63,144 bases of DNA, filler included, from 7 parts of 7 records of this genome joined end to end with filler, not necessarily neighbours in it, one strand, 5' to 3'. Shown: positions 51,147 to 61,623, numbered from the whole stretch's first letter. Numbers and translations: made by a program. Notes: generated from the sequence alone by a model not told the origin.

Positions 51147-53477
51147 ATGGCAGGGGCGGACCAGCCCGTAACCGTAAACCGGTTGATGCGAGCCTGCTAC
51201 ACGGCCTTGATGTCGGCTGGTGTTTTCAGTTTCGCCGTGAACATGCTGATGCTGACCTTGCCGGTCTTCATGTTCCAGGTGTTTGACCGGGTGCTGGCAA
51301 GCCGCAGCGAGGCAACACTTTATCTGTTGCTCGGCATCGCCGCCTTCACGCTTGGCATTCAGGCTACACTCGATACGATTCGTGCTTACGCCTTCGTTCG
51401 GATCAGTGGCTGGATCGACCGCCGCATCGGCCCGATCCTGCTTTCTTCCATCATCACCGACGCACTCGACCGGAGCAGCCAGCCAAACAGCAATCCGCTG
51501 CGCTCGCTTGGAACACTCCGCATGTTTCTGACGGGCCCCGGCATGCTCACCATGCTGGATGTGCCGTGGGTGCCGGTCTTCCTCGCCCTGATCATGTGGA
51601 TTAATCCGCATATGGGACTTGCTGCCATCGGTGGGGCGGCGGTCATGCTGGTGCTCGGCATCATCAACGACCGGATGACGCGGCCGGCGCTCAACGCGGC
51701 ACAGGAATTTTCCTCCAAGGCTTATTCGGCCGCAGAATCCGCTGTGCGTAACGCGGCCGTGGTCGAAAGCATGGGCATGCGCCGGAACATCATGGCGCGC
51801 TGGCACCGGGAGAACGAAAAGGTTCTCACCCTGCAAGGCCGGGCCAGCGATCGGGCCGCCATCCTGAGCGCGATGTCGAAGTCCGCCCGCATGTTGATCC
51901 AGATGGTGATCATGACCGTTGCCGTCCTGCAGATCATCGACCCTTCGGTCGATATGACGCCGGGCATGATGATCGCCTGTTCGCTGATCCTCGGCCGGGC
52001 GCTGCAGCCGGTCGAGATGGGCATCAGCCAGGCCCGCCAGCTGGTCGATGCGCTTGCGGCGTACAAGACCATCGAGACAGCGCTGGTCAATGCCCAGTCC
52101 GGTATGCGCCGGATGGAACTGCCCGCCCCGAAAGGCCATCTGGTTCTGGAGAATGTCGGCTATCAGCCGCGCGGTGCGCCACGGCCGATCCTTCAGCGCA
52201 TCAGCTTTGAGGTCAAACCGGGTGAGGCGCTCGGCGTCGTCGGTCCGTCCGCTGCCGGTAAATCCTCGCTGGCACGGCTCATCGTTGGCGTGGAAAAGCC
52301 GCATGTTGGCCATGTCAGGCTCGACGGTGCCGATATTTTCAACTGGGACACGGATAACCTCGGCAAGCATGTCGGTTACATGCCGCAGGATATCGAGCTG
52401 TTCGGCGGATCCGTCGCGGAAAATATCGCGCGTCTTGATGCCGATCCGGACCCGGAACTGGTGATCGATGCGGCGAAACTGGCTGGCTTGCATGAACTGA
52501 TCCTGCAATTGCCGAATGGCTACGATACGGATATCGGCAATGCCGGGGCGATTCTTTCCGGCGGGCAGAGACAGCGTGTCGCTCTGGCGCGCGCACTCTA
52601 TGGCGGCCCGTCGATCGTGGTTCTGGATGAGCCGAATTCGAATTTGGACTCCAAAGGGGACGAAGCCCTCGCGAATGCGGTCAATGTCCTGAAGGACCGG
52701 GGCGCCACGGTTATCATGATCACCCACCGGGTGCAGACCCTGGCGAATATGAACAAGCTGCTGGTCCTGCAGGACGGCATGATGAACAAGTACGGCTCCC
52801 GCGATGAGGTGCTGGCCAGCGCAGGCATGGGCGCGGCTCCCTCCGCTCCGGCTGGTGCCTCAGCTCCGGCCGCCAAGCCGGCCGCAAAGAAAGTTTCCGC
52901 CCCGCCGCCTGCCTCGGACAATGCCGAGGAGGGGAGGCCGGATGTCGAGCGCCGCAGGATGCCGGCGCCGCCACCTCCGGCTGGACCCGGGCCAGCCCCG
53001 CGCGGTGTGCCGGCATCTGTGAATCTGCCGCCACCGCCGCGCGTTCCCGATTTGCCTTCCGCACGGCGCGCACGCTCAGGCAAGACGACGCCGCCAACCC
53101 TGCAGCCGGGGACGGGCCACGGTGTCCGCCCGCAGCTCGGTCAGGGCTCGGCGCAGGCACTTGAAATCCTGGCCGCCCGCCCGGCGTCCGGGGCGAATGC
53201 GAAGCCATCGCCGGATGCTTCCGGTGACGATTCCGGGCCGATGGTGCGGCCGCCGAAAATGGAGACGACCGTGCGCCTGCAATCGCCGCCGGCGGGAGCT
53301 GCCCGTCCGGCACCGGCGCCGGCAAACACACAGGGGCCTGCTCCGAGGAAACCTGTTGAACAACCTTCGGTCTCCCGTCCGCTCACGCCACCGCCACCGC
53401 CGAGCCCCCGTCCGGTCGCGGCACTCAATATCGAGGACATACAGTCCATTTCGGGACGCCCCCGTGCCAAACAGTAA
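51147..53477 (+). CDS. type I secretion ABC transporter (PrtD/RsaD-like) with long Pro/Ala-rich C-terminal tail
   Basis: QVFDRVLASRS, LDVPW, GRALQPVE, GPSAAGKS, GYMPQD, LSGGQRQR, LDEPNSNLD. Confidence 0.93.
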   Translation: MAGADQPVTVNRLMRACYTALMSAGVFSFAVNMLMLTLPVFMFQVFDRVLASRSEATLYLLLGIAAFTLGIQATLDTIRAYAFVRISGWIDRRIGPILLSSIITDALDRSSQPNSNPLRSLGTLRMFLTGPGMLTMLDVPWVPVFLALIMWINPHMGLAAIGGAAVMLVLGIINDRMTRPALNAAQEFSSKAYSAAESAVRNAAVVESMGMRRNIMARWHRENEKVLTLQGRASDRAAILSAMSKSARMLIQMVIMTVAVLQIIDPSVDMTPGMMIACSLILGRALQPVEMGISQARQLVDALAAYKTIETALVNAQSGMRRMELPAPKGHLVLENVGYQPRGAPRPILQRISFEVKPGEALGVVGPSAAGKSSLARLIVGVEKPHVGHVRLDGADIFNWDTDNLGKHVGYMPQDIELFGGSVAENIARLDADPDPELVIDAAKLAGLHELILQLPNGYDTDIGNAGAILSGGQRQRVALARALYGGPSIVVLDEPNSNLDSKGDEALANAVNVLKDRGATVIMITHRVQTLANMNKLLVLQDGMMNKYGSRDEVLASAGMGAAPSAPAGASAPAAKPAAKKVSAPPPASDNAEEGRPDVERRRMPAPPPPAGPGPAPRGVPASVNLPPPPRVPDLPSARRARSGKTTPPTLQPGTGHGVRPQLGQGSAQALEILAARPASGANAKPSPDASGDDSGPMVRPPKMETTVRLQSPPAGAARPAPAPANTQGPAPRKPVEQPSVSRPLTPPPPPSPRPVAALNIEDIQSISGRPRAKQ

Positions 53478-53520
53478 GCAGACCGGCCCGAGCAGTCATG
53501 GCCGTTGTCAGGAACCATAA

Positions 53521-54858
53521 ATGTCGAATGCCGAAAACGACCTGAGCGATGCTTTCGCCCTTTCGGATGCCGAGAATCCGAAAGCATGGCGTCCTGTCGT
53601 CTTGACCGGCTTCCTGGTCCTGCTGCTGTTTTTTGGTGGCTTTGGCCTTTGGGCCTCGCTGGCCCCGCTCGGAAGCGGGGCGATCGCACAGGGCCAGTTA
53701 CAGGTTTCGTCGAACCAGAAAACCGTTCAGCACCTGGAAGGCGGGATCATCGAGGCGATCAATGTCCGGGATGGCGACCTGGTGCACGAAGGCGAGGTTC
53801 TGATCAAGCTGGACGACACAAGGGCACGGGTCGAATACGAACTGCTCCATAAACAGTTTTTGACCCACCTGGGCAGCAAGGCCCGCCTCGTCGCCGAGCG
53901 GGACGATCTGGCGGAGGTCAATTTTCCGGCTGAACTGTTGTCGCAAGCAGCGGATGTCGATGTCGGGGAAGTCATCGCCGGACAAAGGCGTCTGTTCGAG
54001 ACCCGTATCAGCGCCCGCGACAGCCAGTTCGGGCTGCTTCGCCGCCGTATCCAGAAAACCAGGGAAGAAATCACGGCACTCGGGGCACAGCAGCGGGCGG
54101 ATGCACGTCAGTACGAGCTGATTCAGGAAGAGATCGCGGATGTCCGGGTGTTGTACGAGAAGGGACTGGAGCGGAAGCCGCGCCTGCTGTCTCTCGAGCG
54201 CACGGCGGTACAGCTGGAAGGCAGTATCGGAAACCGCAAGGCGCTGATCGCGCGGGCGGAACAGACGATTGCCGAGACCGAGTTCCAGTTGCTGAACACC
54301 GAGGAACGGTTCAAGACCGAGGTGGAGACCAACCTGCGTCAGGTGCAGGACCAGATGATCGATCTGAAGGATCGTCTGACAGGCGCGCGGGATGCGTTGG
54401 ACCGGACCCGCATTCGGGCTCCCCAGGATGGGCGGATCTACGGCCTGCGGTTCCATACGGTTGGCGGAGTCGTCGCTCCGGGGGAGCCGGTGATGGGCAT
54501 CGTGCCGCAGGACGACACGCTGGTGGTCAAGGCGCGCATTGATCCGACAGATATCGACGTGGTTGAAGTCGGCGCGCTTACCAGTGTGAGACTGACTTCT
54601 TTCAGCCAGCGGACCACGCAGCCGATCGATGGTGAACTGGTCAGTATTTCAGCTGACATCGTGCAGCCCGAACAGGGCGCACCCTTTTATGAGGCGCGCG
54701 TCGTTCTGGATCTGGAAAGCCTGGCGCGACAACCTGAACTGGAGCTTGTTCAGGGGATGCCGGCAACCGTGATAATCTCGACCGGTGACCAGACGCTGCT
54801 TGAATATCTGCTTGCCCCATTGGTGCGCAGTTTCGAGATGGGATTGAGGGAAAACTGA
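53521..54858 (+). CDS. type I secretion membrane fusion protein (HlyD/PrtE-like)
   Basis: Single TM, KTVQHLEGGII, coiled coil, IRAPQDG, GMPA, LLEYLLAP. Confidence 0.95.
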   Translation: MSNAENDLSDAFALSDAENPKAWRPVVLTGFLVLLLFFGGFGLWASLAPLGSGAIAQGQLQVSSNQKTVQHLEGGIIEAINVRDGDLVHEGEVLIKLDDTRARVEYELLHKQFLTHLGSKARLVAERDDLAEVNFPAELLSQAADVDVGEVIAGQRRLFETRISARDSQFGLLRRRIQKTREEITALGAQQRADARQYELIQEEIADVRVLYEKGLERKPRLLSLERTAVQLEGSIGNRKALIARAEQTIAETEFQLLNTEERFKTEVETNLRQVQDQMIDLKDRLTGARDALDRTRIRAPQDGRIYGLRFHTVGGVVAPGEPVMGIVPQDDTLVVKARIDPTDIDVVEVGALTSVRLTSFSQRTTQPIDGELVSISADIVQPEQGAPFYEARVVLDLESLARQPELELVQGMPATVIISTGDQTLLEYLLAPLVRSFEMGLREN

Positions 54859-54862
54859 TCCG

Positions 54863-56074
54863 ATGAATGACGTGCCCGGTAATCGTTCGTTTCTTCCCTA
54901 TGGCAGGCAGCTTATCGATGAGGCCGACGAGCGGGCGGTGCTCGACGTTCTGCGCGGTGACTGGCTGACAACCGGCCCGGCGGTGGAGGCCTATGAGAGG
55001 GCATTCGCCGAACGTGTCGGCGCCAGGCACGCGATTGCCTGCTCCAGCGGAACTGCGGGCCTGCATATGGCGGCGATAGCTCTCGATCTCGATTTCGGCG
55101 ATATCGTCGTGGTGCCGAGCGTGACCTTCCTGGCCACGGCCAATGCGGCCCGGTACGTGAAGGCGGATGTTCTGTTCGCCGATGTGGATCCTGAAACGGG
55201 CGTGATGCGTCTGGAGGATGTGCAGAGAGCCATCGCCGGCATGTCCAAGGGAACGGTGAAGGCGATCTTCCCGGTTCATCTGACAGGACACACAGTCAAT
55301 CTGGACGAACTTGCCGCGGAGTTCCCAGAGCTGGTGCTGATCGAGGATGCCTGCCATGCACTCGGCGCCGAATACGAGATCGACGGCAGCATGGTACCTG
55401 TCGGCTCATGCCCGCATGGCGGCATCACCATGTTCTCGACCCATCCGGTGAAAACCATCGCGACGGGCGAGGGAGGCATGCTGACAACCAACAGCGATCG
55501 CTTCGCCGACTCTCTGCGGCGGTCACGGAACCACGGCCTTGTGCGGGAGCCGGAGAGTTTCCTGAACAAGCGGATGGGGTTCGAGGACGGCGTTCCGGCC
55601 CCCTGGTATTATGAGATGCACGAGCCCGGCTACAATTACCGGCTCTCGGACATCAATGCCGCCCTCGGCCTCAGCCAGCTGGGTAAGCTCGACGCTTTTG
55701 TCTCCAAACGGCGCGCTCTCCGGGCTCTCTATCAGGAGCTTCTGGACGCGCTTGGCCCGCATGTGGCGATGCAGAAGGTTGCGCCGGGCTGCAATCCGGC
55801 CTGGCACCTCGCCGTGGCCCTGATCGATTTCGCGGCGCTTGGTACAACCAGGACGGCGGTGATGACGGCCCTGAAGGAGCGGGGGATCGGCACTCAGGTG
55901 CATTATATTCCGGTACACCGCCAGCCTTATTATGCGAGCCGGTATCAGGCGAAATCCCTGCCCGGCGCGGACGCCTATTACGCCCGTTGTCTGAGCCTGC
56001 CGCTATTCCCGGCGATGAGCGAAGGGGACGTTGAACGGGTGGTTGAGGAGCTGACTGAAGTGCTCGGCATATAA
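54863..56074 (+). CDS. pseC: UDP-4-amino-4,6-dideoxy-N-acetyl-altrosamine transaminase (DegT family)
   Basis: LPYGRQ, LTTGP, EDACHALG, FSTHPVKTIATGEGG, GYNYRLSD, QVHYIPV; adjacent to pseB. Confidence 0.88.
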   Translation: MNDVPGNRSFLPYGRQLIDEADERAVLDVLRGDWLTTGPAVEAYERAFAERVGARHAIACSSGTAGLHMAAIALDLDFGDIVVVPSVTFLATANAARYVKADVLFADVDPETGVMRLEDVQRAIAGMSKGTVKAIFPVHLTGHTVNLDELAAEFPELVLIEDACHALGAEYEIDGSMVPVGSCPHGGITMFSTHPVKTIATGEGGMLTTNSDRFADSLRRSRNHGLVREPESFLNKRMGFEDGVPAPWYYEMHEPGYNYRLSDINAALGLSQLGKLDAFVSKRRALRALYQELLDALGPHVAMQKVAPGCNPAWHLAVALIDFAALGTTRTAVMTALKERGIGTQVHYIPVHRQPYYASRYQAKSLPGADAYYARCLSLPLFPAMSEGDVERVVEELTEVLGI

Positions 56075-56160
56075 GGGGCGCGAATCTGCCTCTTCCTCAT
56101 ATGCGGGAAACAGGGCAAAATAAAATGATTCGAATGTCTTAGGGGGAGGCTCCGGGCCGC

Positions 56161-57189
56161 ATGAGCTATCAACCATTCTCGTTTGATACCGACCACATCG
56201 ATCTTGATGGCAAGACAGTGTTGGTTACTGGCGGCACAGGTTCCTTCGGTAAGGAATTTGTCCGGACCGCTCTGGCTTCCTCGGAAATGCGCCGCTGTAT
56301 CGTGTTCTCACGGGACGAGCAGAAGCATTACGACATGGGGCAGGATTATCCATCGGTCCCGGGCAAGCCGATCCGCTATTTCATCGGCGATGTACGCGAC
56401 GTGGACCGGCTCGAACTGGCGATGCGCGGCGTTGACTATGTGGTGCATGCGGCGGCGATGAAGCATGTGCCGGCCGCCGAATACAACCCGTTCGAGTGCG
56501 TCCAGACCAACATCTATGGCGCTGAGAATATCGTGAAGGCGGCGCTCCGCACTGGCGTCAAGAAGGTCATTGCATTGTCGACAGACAAGGCGGCGAACCC
56601 GATCAATCTTTACGGTGCGACCAAGCTCGCCTCCGACAAGATCTTCGTCGCCGCGAATAATATCTCCGGGGCGGACGGCTGCCGGTTCTCTGTCGTCCGG
56701 TACGGCAATGTGATCGGCTCGCGCGGTAGCGTTATACCCTTCTTCCGCAAACTGATGAACGAGCAGTCGCCGGATCTGCCGATCACCGACGAGCGCATGA
56801 CGCGGTTCTGGATCACCCTGCAGCAGGGGGTGAATTTCGTGCTTTCCAGCATGCAGATGATGAAGGGCCGCGAGATTTTCGTGCCCAAGATCCCGAGCAT
56901 GAAGATTACGGATGTGGCGAAGACCATGGCTCCGGGACTGCCGCTCCGCAATGTTGGCATCCGGCCGGGCGAGAAGCTGCACGAGGTGATGATCTCGGAA
57001 GACGATTCCCGCACCACGGTCGAGCTGGAGGATCGCTATGTCATCCTGCCGGCGCAAAGCGACAAGGTGCTGGATGCCTATCTGGCCGAGGGCCACAAGA
57101 TGGTGCCCGCCGAATTCCGCTATGCAAGCGACACCAATACGGACTGGCTGAGCGGCGACGATCTCAACAAGATGATGGCATCGGTCTGA
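56161..57189 (+). CDS. pseB: UDP-N-acetylglucosamine 4,6-dehydratase (inverting)
   Basis: TGGTGSFG, SRDEQK, AAAMKHVP..EYNP, STDKA, YGATK, RYGNV, GIRPGEKLHE. Confidence 0.92.
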   Translation: MSYQPFSFDTDHIDLDGKTVLVTGGTGSFGKEFVRTALASSEMRRCIVFSRDEQKHYDMGQDYPSVPGKPIRYFIGDVRDVDRLELAMRGVDYVVHAAAMKHVPAAEYNPFECVQTNIYGAENIVKAALRTGVKKVIALSTDKAANPINLYGATKLASDKIFVAANNISGADGCRFSVVRYGNVIGSRGSVIPFFRKLMNEQSPDLPITDERMTRFWITLQQGVNFVLSSMQMMKGREIFVPKIPSMKITDVAKTMAPGLPLRNVGIRPGEKLHEVMISEDDSRTTVELEDRYVILPAQSDKVLDAYLAEGHKMVPAEFRYASDTNTDWLSGDDLNKMMASV

Positions 57190-57195
57190 AACGAC

Positions 57196-57229
57196 GACAG
57201 GCCGCACCCGGGAAGGGAAACGGCCTGTC
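57196..57229. terminator. stem-loop between convergent pseB and dctM
   Basis: GACAGGCCG ... CGGCCTGTC inverted repeat. Confidence 0.45.
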
Positions 57230-57253
57230 TGTTTCTGCTTGGATCGTGACGAT

Positions 57254-57938
57254 CTAGTTCGTCACGATCTCCGGGCCCATGACTGCATTCGGCAGTACGG
57301 TCGAGATCCACGGCACGTAGGTAACGAGAATGAGGAAGGCGAAGAGCACGGCCAGGAACGGCAGGGCAGCCTTCACCACGGACATCATCGGCATGCCGGC
57401 AACTCCTGAGGTGACGAACAGGTTGAGCCCCACGGGCGGCGTGATCATGCCGATCTCCATGTTTACCACCATGATGATGCCGAGATGGATCGGGTCGATG
57501 CCAAGCTCCATGGCGATCGGGAAGACCAGCGGCGCCACGATCACCAGCAGGCCCGACGGCTCCATGAACTGACCGCCGATCAGCAGGATCACGTTCACCG
57601 CGACAAGGAACATCACCGGGCCGAAGCCATAGGCCAGCATGGCCTCGGTGATCTGCTGCGGCACCTGCTCGTCGGTCAGGACATGCTTCAGGATCAGCGC
57701 GTTGGCGATGACGAACAGCAGCGTCACCGTCAACTTGCCGGCATCGAACAGGGTCTTGCGTGTGTCCGGATGATAGAGTGCCGTCAGCAAGGCGCTGGGC
57801 TGGCGGAACAGGGAAACATTCCGGGTCTCGCCCTCGGCTGCCAGAGGCCCCATGTCCCGATAGACGAAGGTGGCGATGATCCAGGCATAGACGGCCGCGA
57901 CGGCGGCGGCTTCGGTCGGTGTGAAGACACCGCCATAA
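57254..57938 (-). CDS. dctM: TRAP transporter large permease DctM (5' truncated)
   Basis: YGGVFTPTEAAAVA, GQFME, GIDPIHLG, EIGMITPPVGLNLFV. Confidence 0.92.
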
Positions 57939-58038
57939 NNNNNNNNNNNNNNNNNNNNNNNNNNNNNNNNNNNNNNNNNNNNTTAATTAATTAANNNNNN
58001 NNNNNNNNNNNNNNNNNNNNNNNNNNNNNNNNNNNNNN
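57939..58038. other. artificial contig linker
   Basis: N-run + TTAATTAATTAA + N-run. Confidence 0.99.
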
Positions 58039-58454
58039 CCAGAACCCGCACCACCGGAACCACCATCACCGCCGGCACCGCCCGTATGCGTAATATCGGT
58101 CAAAGTGCCTTCGCCCGCATTGCCATTGCCATGCGCACCGCCGCCGCCGCCCCCGCCGCCGCCGCCAAGGTCGTTGAGATTGACACCACCTGAACCAACT
58201 CCGCCGGGGTCGCCTGCGCCCGCACCGCCTGCACCGCCAGCGCCAGGCGAACCATCAGCGCCAACATTTCCCACACCACCTGCGCCACCACCAGCACTAC
58301 CACCGACGCCACCAGAGCCACCGGCACCAGCGCCGCTTCCACCGGCGCCGCCAGCGGCAAATGAGGGCGACGTTGCAAAAATGAGGGCAAGGCCGGTTAC
58401 CGAAACAAGAGCAAGTTGGCGAAGCCGCATATGGCGCAATGAGAGGTGGCGCAT
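58039..58454 (-). CDS. secreted glycine-rich protein, probable second autotransporter (3' truncated)
   Basis: Signal peptide LRQLALVSVTGLALIFATSPSFA paralogous to that of 58690-61623; GGxGG repeats. Confidence 0.75.
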
Positions 58455-58634
58455 TTAGAATTTCTCTTTTCGTGGCTGGATCAAAATTGAAACCGACATT
58501 TCACTTTTACTTTTCTCTTACTTAACAAAATGTAAAAACAACACCCCCAGCTCGGTCAGAAGCAAAAAATTTGACACCCAGCTTGAAATCCAACTGCAAA
58601 CTCCGTGAACGGATTCAAGTTTCCGTAAAGAGAC

Positions 58635-58670
58635 AAAAAAGGGGCGCGGAGATCACTCTCCGCGCCTTTC
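58635..58670 (-). terminator. intrinsic terminator after autotransporter gene
   Basis: GGCGCGGAGA/TCTCCGCGCC stem then T6 on minus strand. Confidence 0.75.
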
Positions 58671-58689
58671 ATATTTCGACTCTGAAAAA

Positions 58690-61623
58690 TCAGAACGTCC
58701 AGACCGCGCCGACATCCAGAGAATGTTCGCTCACATTGCCCGTTGGCAGCACGCCCTTATAGCCGATCTGTATCGACATCGACTTGTCGATCACCACATC
58801 AAGCCCGGCCCCAAGCGAAACGCGATCACGCGACGGCGAAACACCGTTGATGACAAAAGCACCACCACCAACGATCGCCGTGGAAGACGAGACATTGTCC
58901 ATCACTTCACGCGTATATGACGCACTCACATGCGGTGTCAGGCGTATGCCGCCATCTGTACGAAAGGAACGCGCCACATCAAAACCAACGAAGGGACGCA
59001 GACTGTCAACCTCACGACCGACAACATCGAGGTTAAAACCCAAAGCGCCGGTTTCCGTGTAACCATCTTCCCAGAGATGCACATAATTCACACCGACCTC
59101 GGGCGTCACCACATAGTCACCTGCGGTCAGCGCCATACGCGCAGCAACCGACGCATTCACTTCATCGCCTTCATGGCTTGAAGACGCGATCAGACCAGCC
59201 ACCGCGCGATCAGCGTCAAACCAGTTGTGCCCATAGCCGATAGTCGCATCCACGCCATAGATGCCATAGTCATAACGACCATAAAGCGCCACGCGTCCTG
59301 TGTTGATCGTGCCGCCGCTGCCCAGATCATCTTCAATATCTGTATAGCTGTAGCCACCAGCCACACCGGCTGTAAAACCGTCACCGACCATACGATCAGC
59401 ACCCACCATGACGCCGCCTGTCTTGGCATCAAAGCCCGTCATGCCATTGCTGGCATCCACCGAGGCCAGACGCCCCGCAGCCTTTGTCCAGACACTCGTG
59501 CGAGTACTTGCCGGCGCAGGCGCCAACACACCGGCGAGCTTCGTGTCATCGGCCAGCGCAATACGCACATAGCCGTTCGACGCCACATCGCCTCCCCCCG
59601 CAGAATTGTCCAGCGTTTTCATTGCACCACGCAGCATATCATTTGCGTGTTGAGCATTATCCACCGCCGTCACTGTCTGCGACGAAATCACTTCTGTGTT
59701 TGTCGGATCAACAACCAGATTACCCAAAGAATAGACGACTGAATCGCTCCGGTAGATAACACCCGCAGGCACACCATCGACACCTGACGTATTCCCCGGA
59801 TCAGTGATGTTGGAACTGACAGAGTCAAAACTTCCCGTCACGCTTGATGCCGTCAGAATAGTGTAATCGCGCGGCGTATATACGCCCGGCGTCACACCGA
59901 CAATCAGGTTACCCGCGAGCGTCGCCGTGCCCGCAACATCAAGCAAGGTCGAACCCGTCGGCGTAATATAGGCACCATAGCTGCCGCCCGCGCCCTGAAC
60001 ATAATTGCCACCCACACGCAACGCACCGACAAGCTCGACAAAGCTAAGCGCCGTTCCGCCGCCAACAAATCCGCCGCTGTTGAGCAGATTGCCATGCACA
60101 GTACCAACACCGGCAAAAAAGCCGGTCGTCACATTCACATTGCCCGCAATGCTGGCAGTCGTGTGAGTGCTATCGCCCAAAAACACCGCTGAACTTTCAA
60201 TCGTGGTGTCACCTGTGTAGGTGCTGATACCGTTCAGAAGAAGAATATTGTCGGGAATGGAAGGCCCCGTGATCGTCAGAGCACCCGTGCCTGTAATCCC
60301 TTGATCGATCTGCACATAGCTATTGGCAAGCTCCAACGTACCACCGCCCGCACCGACGGAAATATCGCGCGCCGCATCCAGGGTAACGTGAGAGCCGAAT
60401 TGCAGAGCGCCACCGTCCAGCGTCAGCGTACCGGTTACAGCGCCAAGCGCACCATCCGAGCTGATGCTCAGAGCACCCGCCTCAATCGTCCAGTCCATAT
60501 CCGCCGTGGTCGAATTCAGCAACGTCCAGGTGCTGCCATCCACCTTCGTATAATTTTCAAATCCGCGATACTGCGCAGCCGCGCCGACATTGGAAACGTC
60601 GAAGTCCGAATCCGCCGCCCCACTCAATATCAATGCGTCCCCGCTGCCGTCCGCCACAACATTACCGGTGATCGAATATCCGTTACTCAACAACAATGTG
60701 TTGTTCGAACCTGCAAAGGTGATGGCATTGGCCCGCGTCACACCATCGCCGCTCATGCCGCCGGTCACTTCGCCTGCAATTATCGCCACGCCAGAATCAG
60801 ACAGAAAACGGATACCCACGCCACCTGCACCATCTGCCGCGACGCCAATTCCGTCGCCGTCGGTCCCCCCGGTGCCACCATTGCCACCAATGGCACCGCT
60901 TAGTCCATCAAGTCTGACCTTCGGGTTCAAACCATCAAGAACCATGCCGTCTCCGCCGTCTCCGCCCACACCTCCAAAGCCGCTACCAGCACCATCACCG
61001 CCATTGCCACCATTGCCACCAGTAACAATAAAATTCTCATAGGTCGAAGAACCATTGTCGACAATCGAAACTGTGCTCGCTCCGCCAGCGCCGCCACCGC
61101 CGCCGCTGCCGCCATTCACACCGCCAAGGTCAAGCGCACCATTCCCGCCATCACCGCCGTCACCACCCCTATAGGATTCATCGACGGCGTAGATAGAACC
61201 CAGAGTGGCGATTCTATTTTCACCTCCACCGCCGCCACCACCGCCGCCACCGCTATCAGCAATCGCATCGGCGCCGTTGCCACCATTCGGATTACCGCCT
61301 GCACCACCGCCCGCGCCGCCGCCGCCATTGCCGCCAGCTCCCCCGTCAGTGCCGAAATAGCCGGGGTCAATCGAAAAATCACTGCCACCGGCGCTGCCAC
61401 CGCCACCGCCTGATCCAGTGTTGGTCACGCCGTCTATGCTGCCATCGCCACCGGTATTGCTCACAAAGCCCGTTCCGCCCGCACCACCCGCTGTCGCACC
61501 GGCCCCGCCCCCGCTGCCGCCGTCGGCAAAAGAAGGTGACGTGGCAAGAACAAGCGCAAGTCCTGTGGCGGAAAAGAGAGCGACCTGACGCAAGCCTGCG
61601 CGGAACAGAGTTCGTTGCTGCAT
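58690..61623 (-). CDS. autotransporter with glycine-rich N-terminal passenger
   Basis: Signal peptide, about 230 aa GGxGG-rich region, beta-helix-type repeats (STYTGDTTI, GNYVQ), C-terminal beta-barrel ending VGAVWTF. Confidence 0.9.
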   Translation of the reverse strand: MQQRTLFRAGLRQVALFSATGLALVLATSPSFADGGSGGGAGATAGGAGGTGFVSNTGGDGSIDGVTNTGSGGGGGSAGGSDFSIDPGYFGTDGGAGGNGGGGAGGGAGGNPNGGNGADAIADSGGGGGGGGGGENRIATLGSIYAVDESYRGGDGGDGGNGALDLGGVNGGSGGGGGAGGASTVSIVDNGSSTYENFIVTGGNGGNGGDGAGSGFGGVGGDGGDGMVLDGLNPKVRLDGLSGAIGGNGGTGGTDGDGIGVAADGAGGVGIRFLSDSGVAIIAGEVTGGMSGDGVTRANAITFAGSNNTLLLSNGYSITGNVVADGSGDALILSGAADSDFDVSNVGAAAQYRGFENYTKVDGSTWTLLNSTTADMDWTIEAGALSISSDGALGAVTGTLTLDGGALQFGSHVTLDAARDISVGAGGGTLELANSYVQIDQGITGTGALTITGPSIPDNILLLNGISTYTGDTTIESSAVFLGDSTHTTASIAGNVNVTTGFFAGVGTVHGNLLNSGGFVGGGTALSFVELVGALRVGGNYVQGAGGSYGAYITPTGSTLLDVAGTATLAGNLIVGVTPGVYTPRDYTILTASSVTGSFDSVSSNITDPGNTSGVDGVPAGVIYRSDSVVYSLGNLVVDPTNTEVISSQTVTAVDNAQHANDMLRGAMKTLDNSAGGGDVASNGYVRIALADDTKLAGVLAPAPASTRTSVWTKAAGRLASVDASNGMTGFDAKTGGVMVGADRMVGDGFTAGVAGGYSYTDIEDDLGSGGTINTGRVALYGRYDYGIYGVDATIGYGHNWFDADRAVAGLIASSSHEGDEVNASVAARMALTAGDYVVTPEVGVNYVHLWEDGYTETGALGFNLDVVGREVDSLRPFVGFDVARSFRTDGGIRLTPHVSASYTREVMDNVSSSTAIVGGGAFVINGVSPSRDRVSLGAGLDVVIDKSMSIQIGYKGVLPTGNVSEHSLDVGAVWTF

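Noticed and set aside
58105-58458. Proline-rich plus-strand ORF
   Set aside because: It is the antisense image of the glycine-rich minus-strand gene, which has a signal peptide and a paralogue.
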